Below the pieces are notes generated by a model that was not told the DNA's origin, did not search any database, and saw only the letters and a program-made list of their open reading frames with translations. A program made the position numbers and the translations under genes. From the NCBI GenBank assembly GCA_000182565.2, contig KQ257459.1: a stretch of DNA of 64,000 nucleotides, one strand, 5' to 3'. Positions 42,845 to 53,528 of the stretch are shown piece by piece (position 1 is the first letter of the stretch; every line of letters begins with the position of its first letter). Source of the stretch: Spizellomyces punctatus DAOM BR117 (Eukaryota).

Positions 42845-44504
42845 ATGACCATGACTGAGGGCGGCGTGCATAATTTCGAGGTCACGACCTATAATAGGCC
42901 AACATACTGTGATGCTTGTGACAAGTTCTTGTGGGGGCTTGTAAAGCAAGGTGCTCAGTGTAAAAGTAGGTATCCTAAAGTATTTAGGCATGACGCTACC
43001 GTTAAGCGCTGAAGCGGTGACTTATTCCCAATTCTCATTGCAGACTGTGGATTCAACGTCCACAAAAAGTGCCAGCACTTGGTGTCAACTGCTTGTAGTG
43101 GCGACTTCGCCCCTGGTAGATACCGGGAGCGGTCAAGCTCAGATCTGGTTCCGAACGGCACGTACATAGATGCCGGTGATTCGGAGCGTACTCTCGTCAA
43201 GCGGAGACAAAGTGACGTGGCTGGGAAAGCGATCACGGCTCCTCGCAAACCCCCAATGAAGCGGTCGGTCACCGCCGGCCCTACGGAGAAAGAAATGAGC
43301 ATTGTTCAGGAATTGATCACAAATACTGCAATGAACTCTGCGGCAATGGAGAAAGCGGCAAAGGATGCTGCTCCACCACTGAACCTCCTGACTACTACAC
43401 CCAAGAACTTTACTCGGTTTGTCGCACGCCTTGGTCCTGCTGTCAACTTCCAAGATGACATTGCAGAAGTGCTGACCTGGCAGAATCCGCCCAAGACTAT
43501 TATCGTGATGGTCACGTACATTTTTCTTTGTGAGTTCATCATCGGCATCCGCAAAAGTCATTCATATTTTGACTCACTCTTACTATTCAGGTATATACCC
43601 AACCCTCCTCATCGTTGCACCTCAAATGCTTCTCATCTACATCATCATGCGCAACTACTACAAGAAGACAAAGAAGGAAGTTGTTGGCCGCAAGACGAGC
43701 GGGAACGTCCAGTACCTCAAAAATATGCAATTCATCCAGAACTCAATGGGGATGTTCTGCGATGTTTACGAAGATGTTAAAAAGAACTCGAAGGCTCTTG
43801 ACTGGTCCAACGAAGAAGAAACGATCCGCCTTCTAAAGCTTGCCGTTGGTTCCATGTTCGGTGTCATCTTTGTCATCCGTGTCATCCCCTTCAACTACCT
43901 CATGCTCCTCGGTGGTGTAAGCGTGTTCCTACAGAACACTGCTCTCTTTCGCGCAGCCTCCACCACCCTCCCCCCGGTGTTGATAAAGAAACTTCAGAAC
44001 CAGGTCGACAACATCCGCGAGGCCATCCGGGAAGCTCGTCGAACTGGAGATGGCAGTGTTGTCACAGTTACTCTGTTTGAAAATCAGAGGTGGTGGGCTG
44101 GTGAGTAAATCTGTCCGCGTCCTGTAGATGGCAGTATTTCGATATTGAATCTTTTGTGTAATGCAGGTCTTGGATGGATTCCTCATCTTCTTCGTTCTGA
44201 ACGTGGCCCCTGGAGTGACGAAACTGGTCAGATCACACGAGCTCCCAAGGAAGTATTCGAGCTGCCAGAAGACGGTGGTGTTTGGCAATGGATGGACGAA
44301 GACTGGCGTCTGGATGTTGGCTGGGCGGATGTGGATGAACAAGGATGGCAGTATACGGACCATGTCTGGGCGAATGCCAAGAGTAAAGCTGCAATGTCGT
44401 CCCTAACTCGTCGTCGAATGTGGGTGCGTAAAATGAGACTCATCAAGCCCCAAGTACCAGCAATTGCTGGAAGTGTCCCAGTTAAGGCGATCAAAGCGCA
44501 ATAA
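42845..44504 (+). CDS. Pex23/Pex30-family peroxin (reticulon-like + DysF) with N-terminal C1 domain
   Basis: C1: HNFEVTTYNRPTYCDACDKFLWGLVKQGAQCK|DCGFNVHKKC; NFTRFVARLGP..EVLTWQNP; DysF: LFENQRWWAGLGWIP..WQWMDEDWRLD..GWQY..LTRRRMWVR. Confidence 0.85.
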
Positions 44505-45100
44505 GCCCGCACGCACCATGTGGCAAGGGTGAGTGGATTCTGGTGATGCCCCATATATGGGAGAGATTGTGGAGTGTTAGAGCTTCTGCGCGTAGACAGG
44601 CCTCATATACGAGCAACTGGCGATAGACAACCTAGACCTCATTAGATCAACTGCCAGAGGGCGTGGGAGAGTTTTTCTTGTACAAATGTTTCGGACGTTT
44701 ATATCTTAGTGCAGGGTCATCATATTTGGTAGTGGTTAAGGCGATGTTGTAGGTTTTAATATTATCGGCGCTCTTTACATTATACTTCGTAGGCGCAGAT
44801 GGTAGGCGCTCTAATAGATATGCCCTTGAATTATACAACTCCTTCCAACTTCATTTGAAATAGCCAGTCCATATTATCCTCCATATTTCTATGCAGACAG
44901 GTTCAGGCTCTTGGATCTGTCTAGGACAATTGTGGTCGACACCAAACATGGCGAAGAACAGATTCAATTTTCACACCAGTTTGAGACATGAATTTATTCT
45001 TTCCCACATACAACATAATTTCTAAACTAGAGACTGTGCACACCACCGCCTTCTTCTCTACAGGCTGCGAAGGTCGCGGTCGAATCTATCGAAAAGAAAG

Positions 45101-45660
45101 CTAAAAAATAGTGAGGGTCAGTAAAACACGCAAACATTTGAAATACGAAAACGCATCCCAAATGGAACCGTCTGCGACCACGTTCTAAGTTGCCTCCCGT
45201 CCCAGCCAGGTCCCAGCAGGTCCCCCCTACCACAGGAACCCCGTAGATACCTGGGCGTCACTATTGGGACAACCCAAACACAGTACACTCAGAGCAGTAC
45301 CCATCTACCCATTCATCGACGATCGAGCACTAGACTCCGATGTTGCAAGGCCCCAGCAGGTTCCACTACCACAAGAACTACCACACACAGGAACCCCGAA
45401 GATACCAGGAACACCTATTGACCTAGTCTCAAATCGCTCGGTGGGTTACTCTTGGCAGGTAGGACAAACCGTAAGATCCCGTAGGCTGCTAGACTCCCGC
45501 CGTAGCACCCAAGTGCCCAGTCAATACTGACAATACTGATATTGGGCCTAGCCGTCGTCCGGGTCGCAGCGAATGCCCCTCCTGTGAAGGAAGCCTTGCA
45601 ATGTCCTCCCGCCCTCACCTTAGTGTAGTATGAGTCGCGTCTTGAAGGATCGGTTGGTGA
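45101..45660 (-). ncRNA. Putative structured non-coding RNA of unknown family (~510-nt folded core 45111-45618)
   Basis: TATAAAAA about 30 nt upstream; no credible ORF; 5' and 3' ends pair over ~23 bp; nested helices rich in G-U pairs on this strand; three hairpins with a repeated module; followed by T6-AG. Confidence 0.6.
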
Positions 45661-45687
45661 GAAGGGGGGCAAGCGCGAGAGGGCCCC

Positions 45688-45695
45688 TTTTTATA
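45688..45695 (-). promoter_or_regulatory. TATA box of the putative ncRNA locus
   Basis: TATAAAAA followed ~30 nt later by a pyrimidine-rich CTTCTCA initiator-like site. Confidence 0.55.
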
Positions 45696-45884
45696 GCGCG
45701 TAATTTGCTACGCCATGCGATTGGAATTATTTGTTGTCATGGTTCCCAAAAAGTTGATATGCCCAAATTTAAATATGTCATGTGATATGTTGAATTGACT
45801 TACCTCAGCGGCCCCACATATTTGACTCACTCGGGATGAGGTCACCCTAACCTTCACCATTTTGCAGCGGAAAGTGCAACCAAG

Positions 45885-47073
45885 ATGTCTTTCATTAGCG
45901 GGCAAACTCAGTGGTTTCAAAAGGTAAGTAAGAATGCCGGAGTACGGACGAGGTGTCGACGCTCTCTGTTCCGGCTTGTCTTCACCAAGGCCGATTTGAC
46001 GGACAGGTGTTGGCACTATAGGTGATCACCCTCCCAGCAAAACCTCGAGGCTGTCATTTAGTTACGTGAGTTCGTGTTACTCTTATATTCTTGCGGAATC
46101 AGGCTAATACTAGCGCTCAGGCAAGATGTGTTGAGGTACACAGAAGTGCAACTTAAGTTCTGGGTGTTATGACTAACGACGCGTGCGACATGGCGGAAAC
46201 GGATATCAGACAGGTGTGTCAGTTGGGGAATACTAAGCGTGCCGTAGTAGCATATTTAATGTATGGTACTTTCCTTAGATTCCAGAACTCAAATCCTTCA
46301 AAGTCGGTATGGCGAACTTCTTCCGTGAGTTGAACCCTAGTGACGATCTAGTTGTCGAACTTCTTATCGATTCATCGGTATTACTAGTGCAACACACTTC
46401 CGCAGCTTTAACTATCAACGAGAATTATGGTACGTTCTATCAGGAAGCGTGGGGTTATGGTTGCTGACAGGGATACTTTTTGTGCAAAAAGATTCAGATG
46501 TAAGGTAAAGGACGTTGTGACCACGCTGTGCGGTCGGTCTTTGATGAAGATGTTGTATTAGGGTTGATATGGAAATGATGCTGAACCGATTGGCACCGGA
46601 GGAGGCACCCTACTGCCATACGGTATGTAGTACGTTCTGTACCCCTTTTTGATACGCGTGATCTAATGTGATATCTATTAGATGGAAGGTGACATAGGCT
46701 GTTATATATTGATTGGTCTTTCCGCTATATTCACACGACCACTCCGGAAACGTGTTGACAGGTTCTGATGACATGGTAAGATTATTCAAACTGGCAATCA
46801 TGGAAGCAGTATCTGCTGGCACAGACATTTGCTAATGCCCAACTCAAAAGCCGGGCCATGTGAAGTCCTCCTTGCTGGGAGTATCTTTGAACATTCCAGT
46901 CAGCAAAGGATCGCTTGCTCTTGGGTAAGCAACATACCCATGTCTTTACTGACGGGAAGAAATTGACCGCGTCGTTTATCAGAACTTGGCAAGGGATCTG
47001 GTTTTGTGAAGCGAGGAATCACGGAGGAGCAAGACAATGTGTGGTGACTATTCAAGGCGTAGCAGATAAATAG
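45885..47073 (+). CDS. yjbQ: YjbQ/UPF0047 family protein, 149 aa in 12 exons
   Basis: Exons 45885-45923, 46022-46065, 46121-46135, 46210-46213, 46279-46324, 46388-46429, 46492-46504, 46562-46622, 46682-46688, 46762-46775, 46851-46924, 46983-47073 sum to 450 nt and give WFQKVITLPAKPRGCHLVT..QHTSAALTINENYDSDVRVD..HTMEGSDDMPGHVKSSL..LGTWQGIWFCE. Confidence 0.9.
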
Positions 47074-47308
47074 ACCATCAGTGGCTTATTTATGAAGGGT
47101 CAAATGTCCCTTCTTTTGGAACCCACCTCTGCGTTTCTGCTGTATGTTACAGTCTAAGAAGCTCAGATGTTTTTTTTTTATTGGGCCGTAATGTCCTAGA
47201 GAAATGCTTAGTAAGCCGATCTCAGGTTACACCATTAGTAAGCCAGAAATAGGATAATATGGAGGCCTGTGGAGAGGCACTTGGCTTTACAAGGTCCCAC
47301 GCATAATA

Positions 47309-48838
47309 ATGCCGCCTCCAAAACCCGCCTTCCTCAAGTCGCTGACACTGCCGGTTATCTGTGCACCTATGTTCCTTGTCTCTGGAACTAGGCTTGTCAT
47401 CAACGCTTGCAAGCAAGGTCCGTGATGGAGTTTCCCGACTGTATGTAGTAGTATCATGTGCTGATCTCCACACAGGCATCGTGGGGACGTTTCCAGCGTT
47501 AAACACCCGGAACGACGAGATTCTCGACGATTGGTTGACGGAAATAAGAGAGTCGCTGAGACAAGCTAAGGAAGAGCGAGCACAAGCTCGAAATCTGCCG
47601 CCACCGGCGCCCTATGGCGTCAACTTGATTGTTCACAAAACGAATAAGCGGTTGAGTCAAAATTTGGATAGGATAGTGAAACACCAGGTTTGGAGAAGGA
47701 TTGCTCTTTCTATTCCGCTTATGCTGTTACTTAGAAATCCATCTATAGGTTCCAGTAAGTTTGGATGTCTTCATAGGCCGAACACAGTCCCAGTAATTTA
47801 TAGAAACTGTTGTCAACCAGCTAGTTATTACTTCACTTGGTGCCGCGCGAGATGTAGTCGATGCGGTCCATTCGTACGGTGGTGCAGTTTTCCACGATGT
47901 GAGACTCTTATCTCAGTGTGCTGCAAGTTCCATTGGATCTCAGAGATCTGACCGGTTTTCTTCCAGGTTACGAACGTTCGACATGCACAGAAGGCTGCGG
48001 AGGTTGCTGTGCCTTTGTTGCTTGGTAGTCAACAAGCTGGTGTACTAATGCTCTGACACCTCTGTACAGGCCGGCGTTGATGGATTGATTGCAGTTTGCG
48101 CAGGCGCTGGTGGTCATGCAGGGGTAGCAAGCCCTTTCGCTCTGATACCGAAAGTAAGAGAACGTAGATACCACTGGAGCTCCCAGTTTGACCAGCGAGC
48201 CAACTTAATTCGGACGAATGAAATGTTAATTTCTTCCCGCCTGCATAGCTTCGCGAGTTCTTTCCGGGAGTGATATGCCTTGCGGGGGCCATATCGGATG
48301 GAGCGTCTATCCGAGCCGCTCAAACCCTGGGTGCTGATGTGGCTTACATAGGCACACGCTTCATTGCAACTCAGGAAAGTATGGCCCCAGATGCATACAA
48401 GCAGATGCTGCTTACTAGTAACGAAGGTCCCTCCCCGTCCTTCCTTCCGACAGTTTACACTGACAAAATAAGGTATGGTAAATGACTCAAAATTATGTTT
48501 CTGACACCTCGCTAAAATACTACATTGAAGTGGGGTAAATGCCAACTTCTTGCGGAGTAGTCTTGAACGGGCGGGTCTTGATCCAGAGAATCCGGCCCAC
48601 CCTTCACTGGGCACGGAAGACTTCAGCAAGCTTGGTAAGGACGGACAACATCTTCATACCCGATTGGTTTCTGATCATATTTGTAGATCCATCCGCAAAA
48701 GAAAGCAAGGCGTGGAGAGATATATGGTCGGCAGGCCATTCGGTCATCAACATTCACGATATTCCAACGGTAGAAACTTTGGTGGCCCGATGGAAGGACG
48801 AATACGCGGCTGCGATTCGCCGAGTAAAGGACCTATAG
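47309..48838 (+). CDS. Nitronate monooxygenase / 2-nitropropane dioxygenase family flavoprotein
   Basis: LPVICAPMFLVSG, GIVGTFPALN, PYGVNLIVHKTNKRL, GVDGLIAVCAGAGGHAG, LAGAISDG..LGADVAYIGTRFIATQES, KAWRDIWSAGH. Confidence 0.9.
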
Positions 48839-48887
48839 CCCAACTTTCGGGTGTAAGACAGGGGATCTGCTAATGTCTTTCAGTTTT

Positions 48888-49796
48888 CTATTGAGATCCT
48901 GTTTCTATAATCTCTGAAGAGAGGGTGATATTTGCTGCTTTCTTTAGTGTAGCGTGCACACCACAATATTTTTCCGCAGCGAGTTCGATTGCGCGGTCAA
49001 CCTAGATGTAGCGTATAGAGTTGGACATTGGTCGATAATCATTGAGATTTAAGACAATCGTTACCTTCTTCTTGTCCAGTCCTTTTCCTGAAATAATAAA
49101 CGTCATGTGGATGTTTTCGTATGGTCGTGGCATCTCTTCAGCACGCTGACCCTCAATTCGAATCTACAGTGCCTGTTAATGATGAAAATTCACATGTTCT
49201 CAACCACAAGGCTTGTGCATATGTGCATACCTTTACTCCTTCTAAACTCTGCCTTTGCTTTTGTAGTATTCCTACAATGTCAACAGCTGAGCAGCCCCCT
49301 AAACCCATCAGCAGCATGGCCATTGGACCAACCCCTGGAGCTTTTGATGCCTTAGGATCAACGTTATCCCACCGCATTCACTCACGGCCGCGAACCTCTC
49401 TGACATGCGAGCACTCACCGACATCAATACTTCGTTGCTGTTTAGACCAGAATATATTTCTTTAATAATCCAGGGCCGTCTGGACAATATGACCACTATT
49501 TTCTTACCCACTGGCATCCTGGCCGAGAAACTGTAATGAATCCGTTCCTGTCCAAGCAACCTGCTCGCATAACAGAGGAATGAGAGACTTTTAACCGGTA
49601 CAACCACGAGAGCAGGTGGGTTGCTAACCTGTACTTCTGCAACCGGACGGTTTGGGTCAAACGTGCGAGCTTTGGAGTTCACGGGTGAACCAAATACTGA
49701 GCTTGTAAAGAAAGACTGTGAGATTGGAATCAACCGTCGAACTGGCAGAGACGCTCCAAGTGACAGGCTTTTGCGAAGGTGACGAAAATGGTGCAT
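48888..49796 (-). CDS. OsmC/Ohr superfamily protein, YhfA type, with mitochondrial-like presequence
   Basis: Spliced VAWTGTDSLQFLGQDASGNEVLMS..GPMAMLLMGLGGCSAVDIVGILQKQRQ..PRPYENIHMTF..VDRAIELAAEKYCGVHATL; both catalytic-type Cys present. Confidence 0.85.
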
Positions 49797-50068
49797 TTTG
49801 ACGATTAATCATGTGCTTGGGTTTGTGGATGATGTGCGATCGTCGCTCTGATGTCGGTTTGCCATGGTTCAAACCATCATTTTGCTGACTAAGCAATTTT
49901 CATGATGTCTGCAGAAGAGTCGCCCAACCCAATTTTTGTAGCATTTACGAGGATTTTCTATCCTTGCAGTTTCTCTCACCACTTTTGATATACTTGTCTA
50001 GAGCCCTACGGCTAGTGCACTTCGGATAATTGTGGCAGAGGTGTCACCGACCGCTCCTCAAACAGAAT

Positions 50069-51912
50069 ATGGTTGACAAGACGTTGTCCAAACAAAGCTT
50101 CAAAGACTTGGGCTTAGACCCCTGGCTGGTTGAGGCCCTCAAGTCGTTGTCTATTCGAGAGCCAACCGAAATTCAGCGTGCGTGCATACAACCAATTCTG
50201 TCGGGAAGGGACGTTATCGGAAGTGCAACGACTGGTAGCGGTAAAACTGCTGCTTTTGCGCTTCCAATACTCCAAAAGCTGGCAGAAGATCCCTATGGTA
50301 TATTTGCACTGGTGCTGACACCAACAAGGTATGCTTCATTGGTTGGAATACGAGGCCGCTCATATTTCGGGCTCATATTTTTCTTCCCTAAAGGGAGCTT
50401 GCCTTTCAGATCGCCGAACAGTTTCGAGTTTTGGGAACTGGGATAAATTTAAAGCAGTCAGTTGTTGTCGGCGGGTTGGGTAAGTGTTGTTTAAGAGTTT
50501 GCAATGCAAGAAATATCTCGGGGTGGGTGAGTAAATATATCATGTTTCTCCTGGCCAGATATGATGACACAAGCCTTGGAGCTTTCTCGACGACCCCATG
50601 TTATTGTGGCGACGCCAGGGCGACTTGTTGATCATATCAACAGCAGCACAAATGCGGTGAATCTGAAGAGACTGCGCTTTCTTGTAAGTAAAAAGCATGA
50701 CATGTGGAAAGTGCCTGTCAAATTGCATTCCAACATGACACGCAATCAGGTTCTTGACGAGGCAGATAGATTACTCGACGATACTTTTGCGGATGATCTG
50801 GCTTGCATTCTTGACCAACTACCGAAGCAACGGCAAACCTTGCTCTTTAGTGCCACGATGACACCTGAGATCGAGTCACTGAACTTCTCGACAACAGCAA
50901 AGCCTTTCACCTATCAGTGTAATACAAGGTCAGCATCAATGAAAGGGTTCATTTCGAAGAAATCCCTCACAAGAGGTTATCATCTTCAGGTTTGACACCG
51001 TGGACAAGTTGGACCAACGATATCTCTTCATATCGTCGACAGTCAGGGATGCCTATCTCGCGTATCTCCTAAGGAGCAGGTTCGAGGGAAAAACAATGAT
51101 CATATTCACCGGAAAATGCCGGTAAGGAAACTGGTTTTCAAAGGATAACCGAGTGATTTTCTGACCAACCAACGTCAGAACGTGCGAGCGGTTGCGGATT
51201 ATGTTGCGCGAATTGGGGTTCAAATCTACGGCACTGCATGCCCAGATGTCTCAAAATGATCGGATAGGATCTCTGGCGAAGTTCAAAGGTGGGATTGTTC
51301 CCATTCTTCTGGCGACCGACGTCGGTAGTCGGTATGTAGGATGAGTTTATGAATTGGCGGACACTGTAGTTATATGCTTATGGGCGCTTCTCTAGTGGTC
51401 TTGACATTCCGACAGTTCAAGTTGTATTGAATTACGAGTTACCCGCGGATGCAACTGACTATATCCACCGTGTCGGTCGTACCGCACGAGCAGGTATGCG
51501 TCGAATGGCACTCATACAATGTCTGCTTTTTCTTATACACAAGATATCTTTCAGGACGAGGCGGTTTGTCTTTGTCGCTTGTAACGCAGCACGATATCAA
51601 TGTTCTGCTCAATATCGAGACAAAAATGAATAAAAAGATGCAAGAACTGGAGGTTGAGGAGAATGATGTCTTGGAAATGCTGAATGAAGTATCATTGGCA
51701 CAACGAGTCGCCAATATGGTATGTATTAGCCCTTCATGTGGGATGTACTCGTTTCGATGTTGATCTTTTTGCCACGTCCCATCCATTAGCATTTGGTGGA
51801 CACAAATTTTGGACAGAAACGGAATATAAATCGGGAGAAGGGTCAGGTCAGGGCTCCATATTCAAAACGACGGAAAACGGCGGAGACAGACCAAGCTCCA
51901 AAGAGAACATAG
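50069..51912 (+). CDS. DBP8: DEAD-box RNA helicase Dbp8/DDX49
   Basis: Q motif, [61 protein letters not shown]. Confidence 0.92.
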
Positions 51913-52058
51913 GCTACTTGGAGAGGTGTAAATTAGCACTATATAGAGTACTTGCCATGTAGATATTATTTTCCGTGGGAAAGTGACGCGGGACCATGTA
52001 GCACAGGATTTCAATGCATATACTAATAGAATAGATCTATGTTGGTGGTGCAGTAGAT

Positions 52059-53014
52059 TTACGGTTTTCTTTTCGCACCCAATGACTTGCAAACTTCGAG
52101 AACATCTAGGAAAGGGGGTTCTTAGTTAAGAGCAACATCATTTTGTAGAAACATGGATGCCGTAGCTACCTTGGATGGGAGCATGGTCACCCCACTCTTT
52201 CTCGGCAAACTCATAATGGGTCCCATCTTTCGACATAATGAACAGACCTCCCAGAATCCTGACAAGCTAGCCTCAGTATTCTTCTCCATTGCTTATTCAC
52301 AGAGCAAACGCTTACCGTCCTTCACCCTTTATATTTCCCTCAAACCCAGCGCTGCGGGCCCGGAACAGGGCCTTGTAGGCGTTCAAGGAGACTAGACCAT
52401 CGAGTCCCATCCAGTTGAATTTTCCGCGTCTAATGTGCGTCTTTAAGTCAAGCTAATAGTTGCAAGATAGCAGAGCACGTCGTTGAAAACACACCCGAGA
52501 ATCTTGTACATGTCCTTTTTCTCATCAAAATAAAGTGGCAGGCCAGACCAATGCTTCTCTCCAAAATCCTTTGCCCCGAACCGTTCATGAACGACAGCGG
52601 CCAAGCTTACACCTTGGCTCTAATTTTACGAGCAATTAGACGGGATATAGTCAAACTTCAGAGCACAAGATCATCAGAGACGCTCACCTGGATCTGCTCC
52701 TTGTATTTTGCAACATTGGAAGCCTCCTCCCTGCACAACAGACATCCAGGCCGTCGAATGACGACAATCAAGCAAGGCCCATTCTCCCACAATTTCTCAG
52801 CCTGAATACCCCCATCATTTTCGTCCAACGTCTTTAGAATGACTTTATTGATGTCCGGAATATCGTCAGTTTTGCTTGGAGCCGGTTGAATCTTGAGCAA
52901 CAAGGCGCGAATTGGAACATCCAGATGCAGGAGCGTCAGGATTCGAGTTACGAAAAACCCTGTATAAAGGAATGCCGCCTCAAATGCAGCTGCAAGGCTA
53001 CTTTTCTGAGCCAT
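52059..53014 (-). CDS. PRXL2A: Peroxiredoxin-like 2A (FAM213A/SELENOU family; AhpC-TSA_2), Cys form
   Basis: LWENGPCLIVVIRRPGCLLCREEA; PLYFDEKK; GDGRILGGLFIM..EKEWGDHA. Confidence 0.82.
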
Positions 53015-53528
53015 GTCGATAGTAGATTAATGAGGTATGGAAAGGCGAGTAGGCAGCGACTGATGAGTTATATCCACGTGAAGCATACCCACGTGAAGTT
53101 GCGGAAATCGACGGTCTGGGTAATCTCCTCGCCGACTCTCATGAACAAAAAGGATGCCGATATCAGGAGGGCGGCCAAAAAAGGATGATTACCACTAATT
53201 CCTTTTGGAGAAACATTTGAATCAGCAGACCGCAAGCGTACTTTTTCATGGCCTTGCTAAATCCGATGCAAGTAACTGCAAGGGAGTCGTTCGCCCAGCG
53301 TTAGCTATCGTACCCTAGCTTGTAGCAAAACCGGAACCAACAACACTCTAGGTGATAACTAGATTTTGCTGCGATGAGCAAATTGAATACTCTTGTGCAA
53401 AATGACACATGAAAACGTGTCCAAAAACGATGACTTTTCTAATACAAGAGCAGCCAGGGCGTAAATTATGGGTGCTATCAATGTCTTTGTTAAACACATC
53501 TCGCATTCTTTCTTTCATAAATTACAGG

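Noticed and set aside
45111-45618. Structured RNA as telomerase RNA
   Set aside because: Only UAACCC with no alignment repeat and no U-rich/A-rich pseudoknot seen; reconsider only if chromosome ends carry a GGGTTAC-type repeat
45111-45618. Structured RNA as 7SK, TPP riboswitch, U3, RNase P/MRP or H/ACA cluster
   Set aside because: Only short scattered matches; lacks paired GAUC motifs, the CUGAGA/ACCUGAU..UAAU core, box A/C/D set, P4 consensus and correctly placed H/ACA boxes
45844-45852. ACCCTAACC as telomerase template or telomeric seed (also near 19672)
   Set aside because: A few such 9-mers are expected by chance in 64 kb; this one is in the yjbQ leader, on the opposite strand from the structured RNA
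52720-52760. Possible selenoprotein (SELENOU-family CxxC)
   Set aside because: Both positions are Cys codons (TGT/TGC); no in-frame TGA
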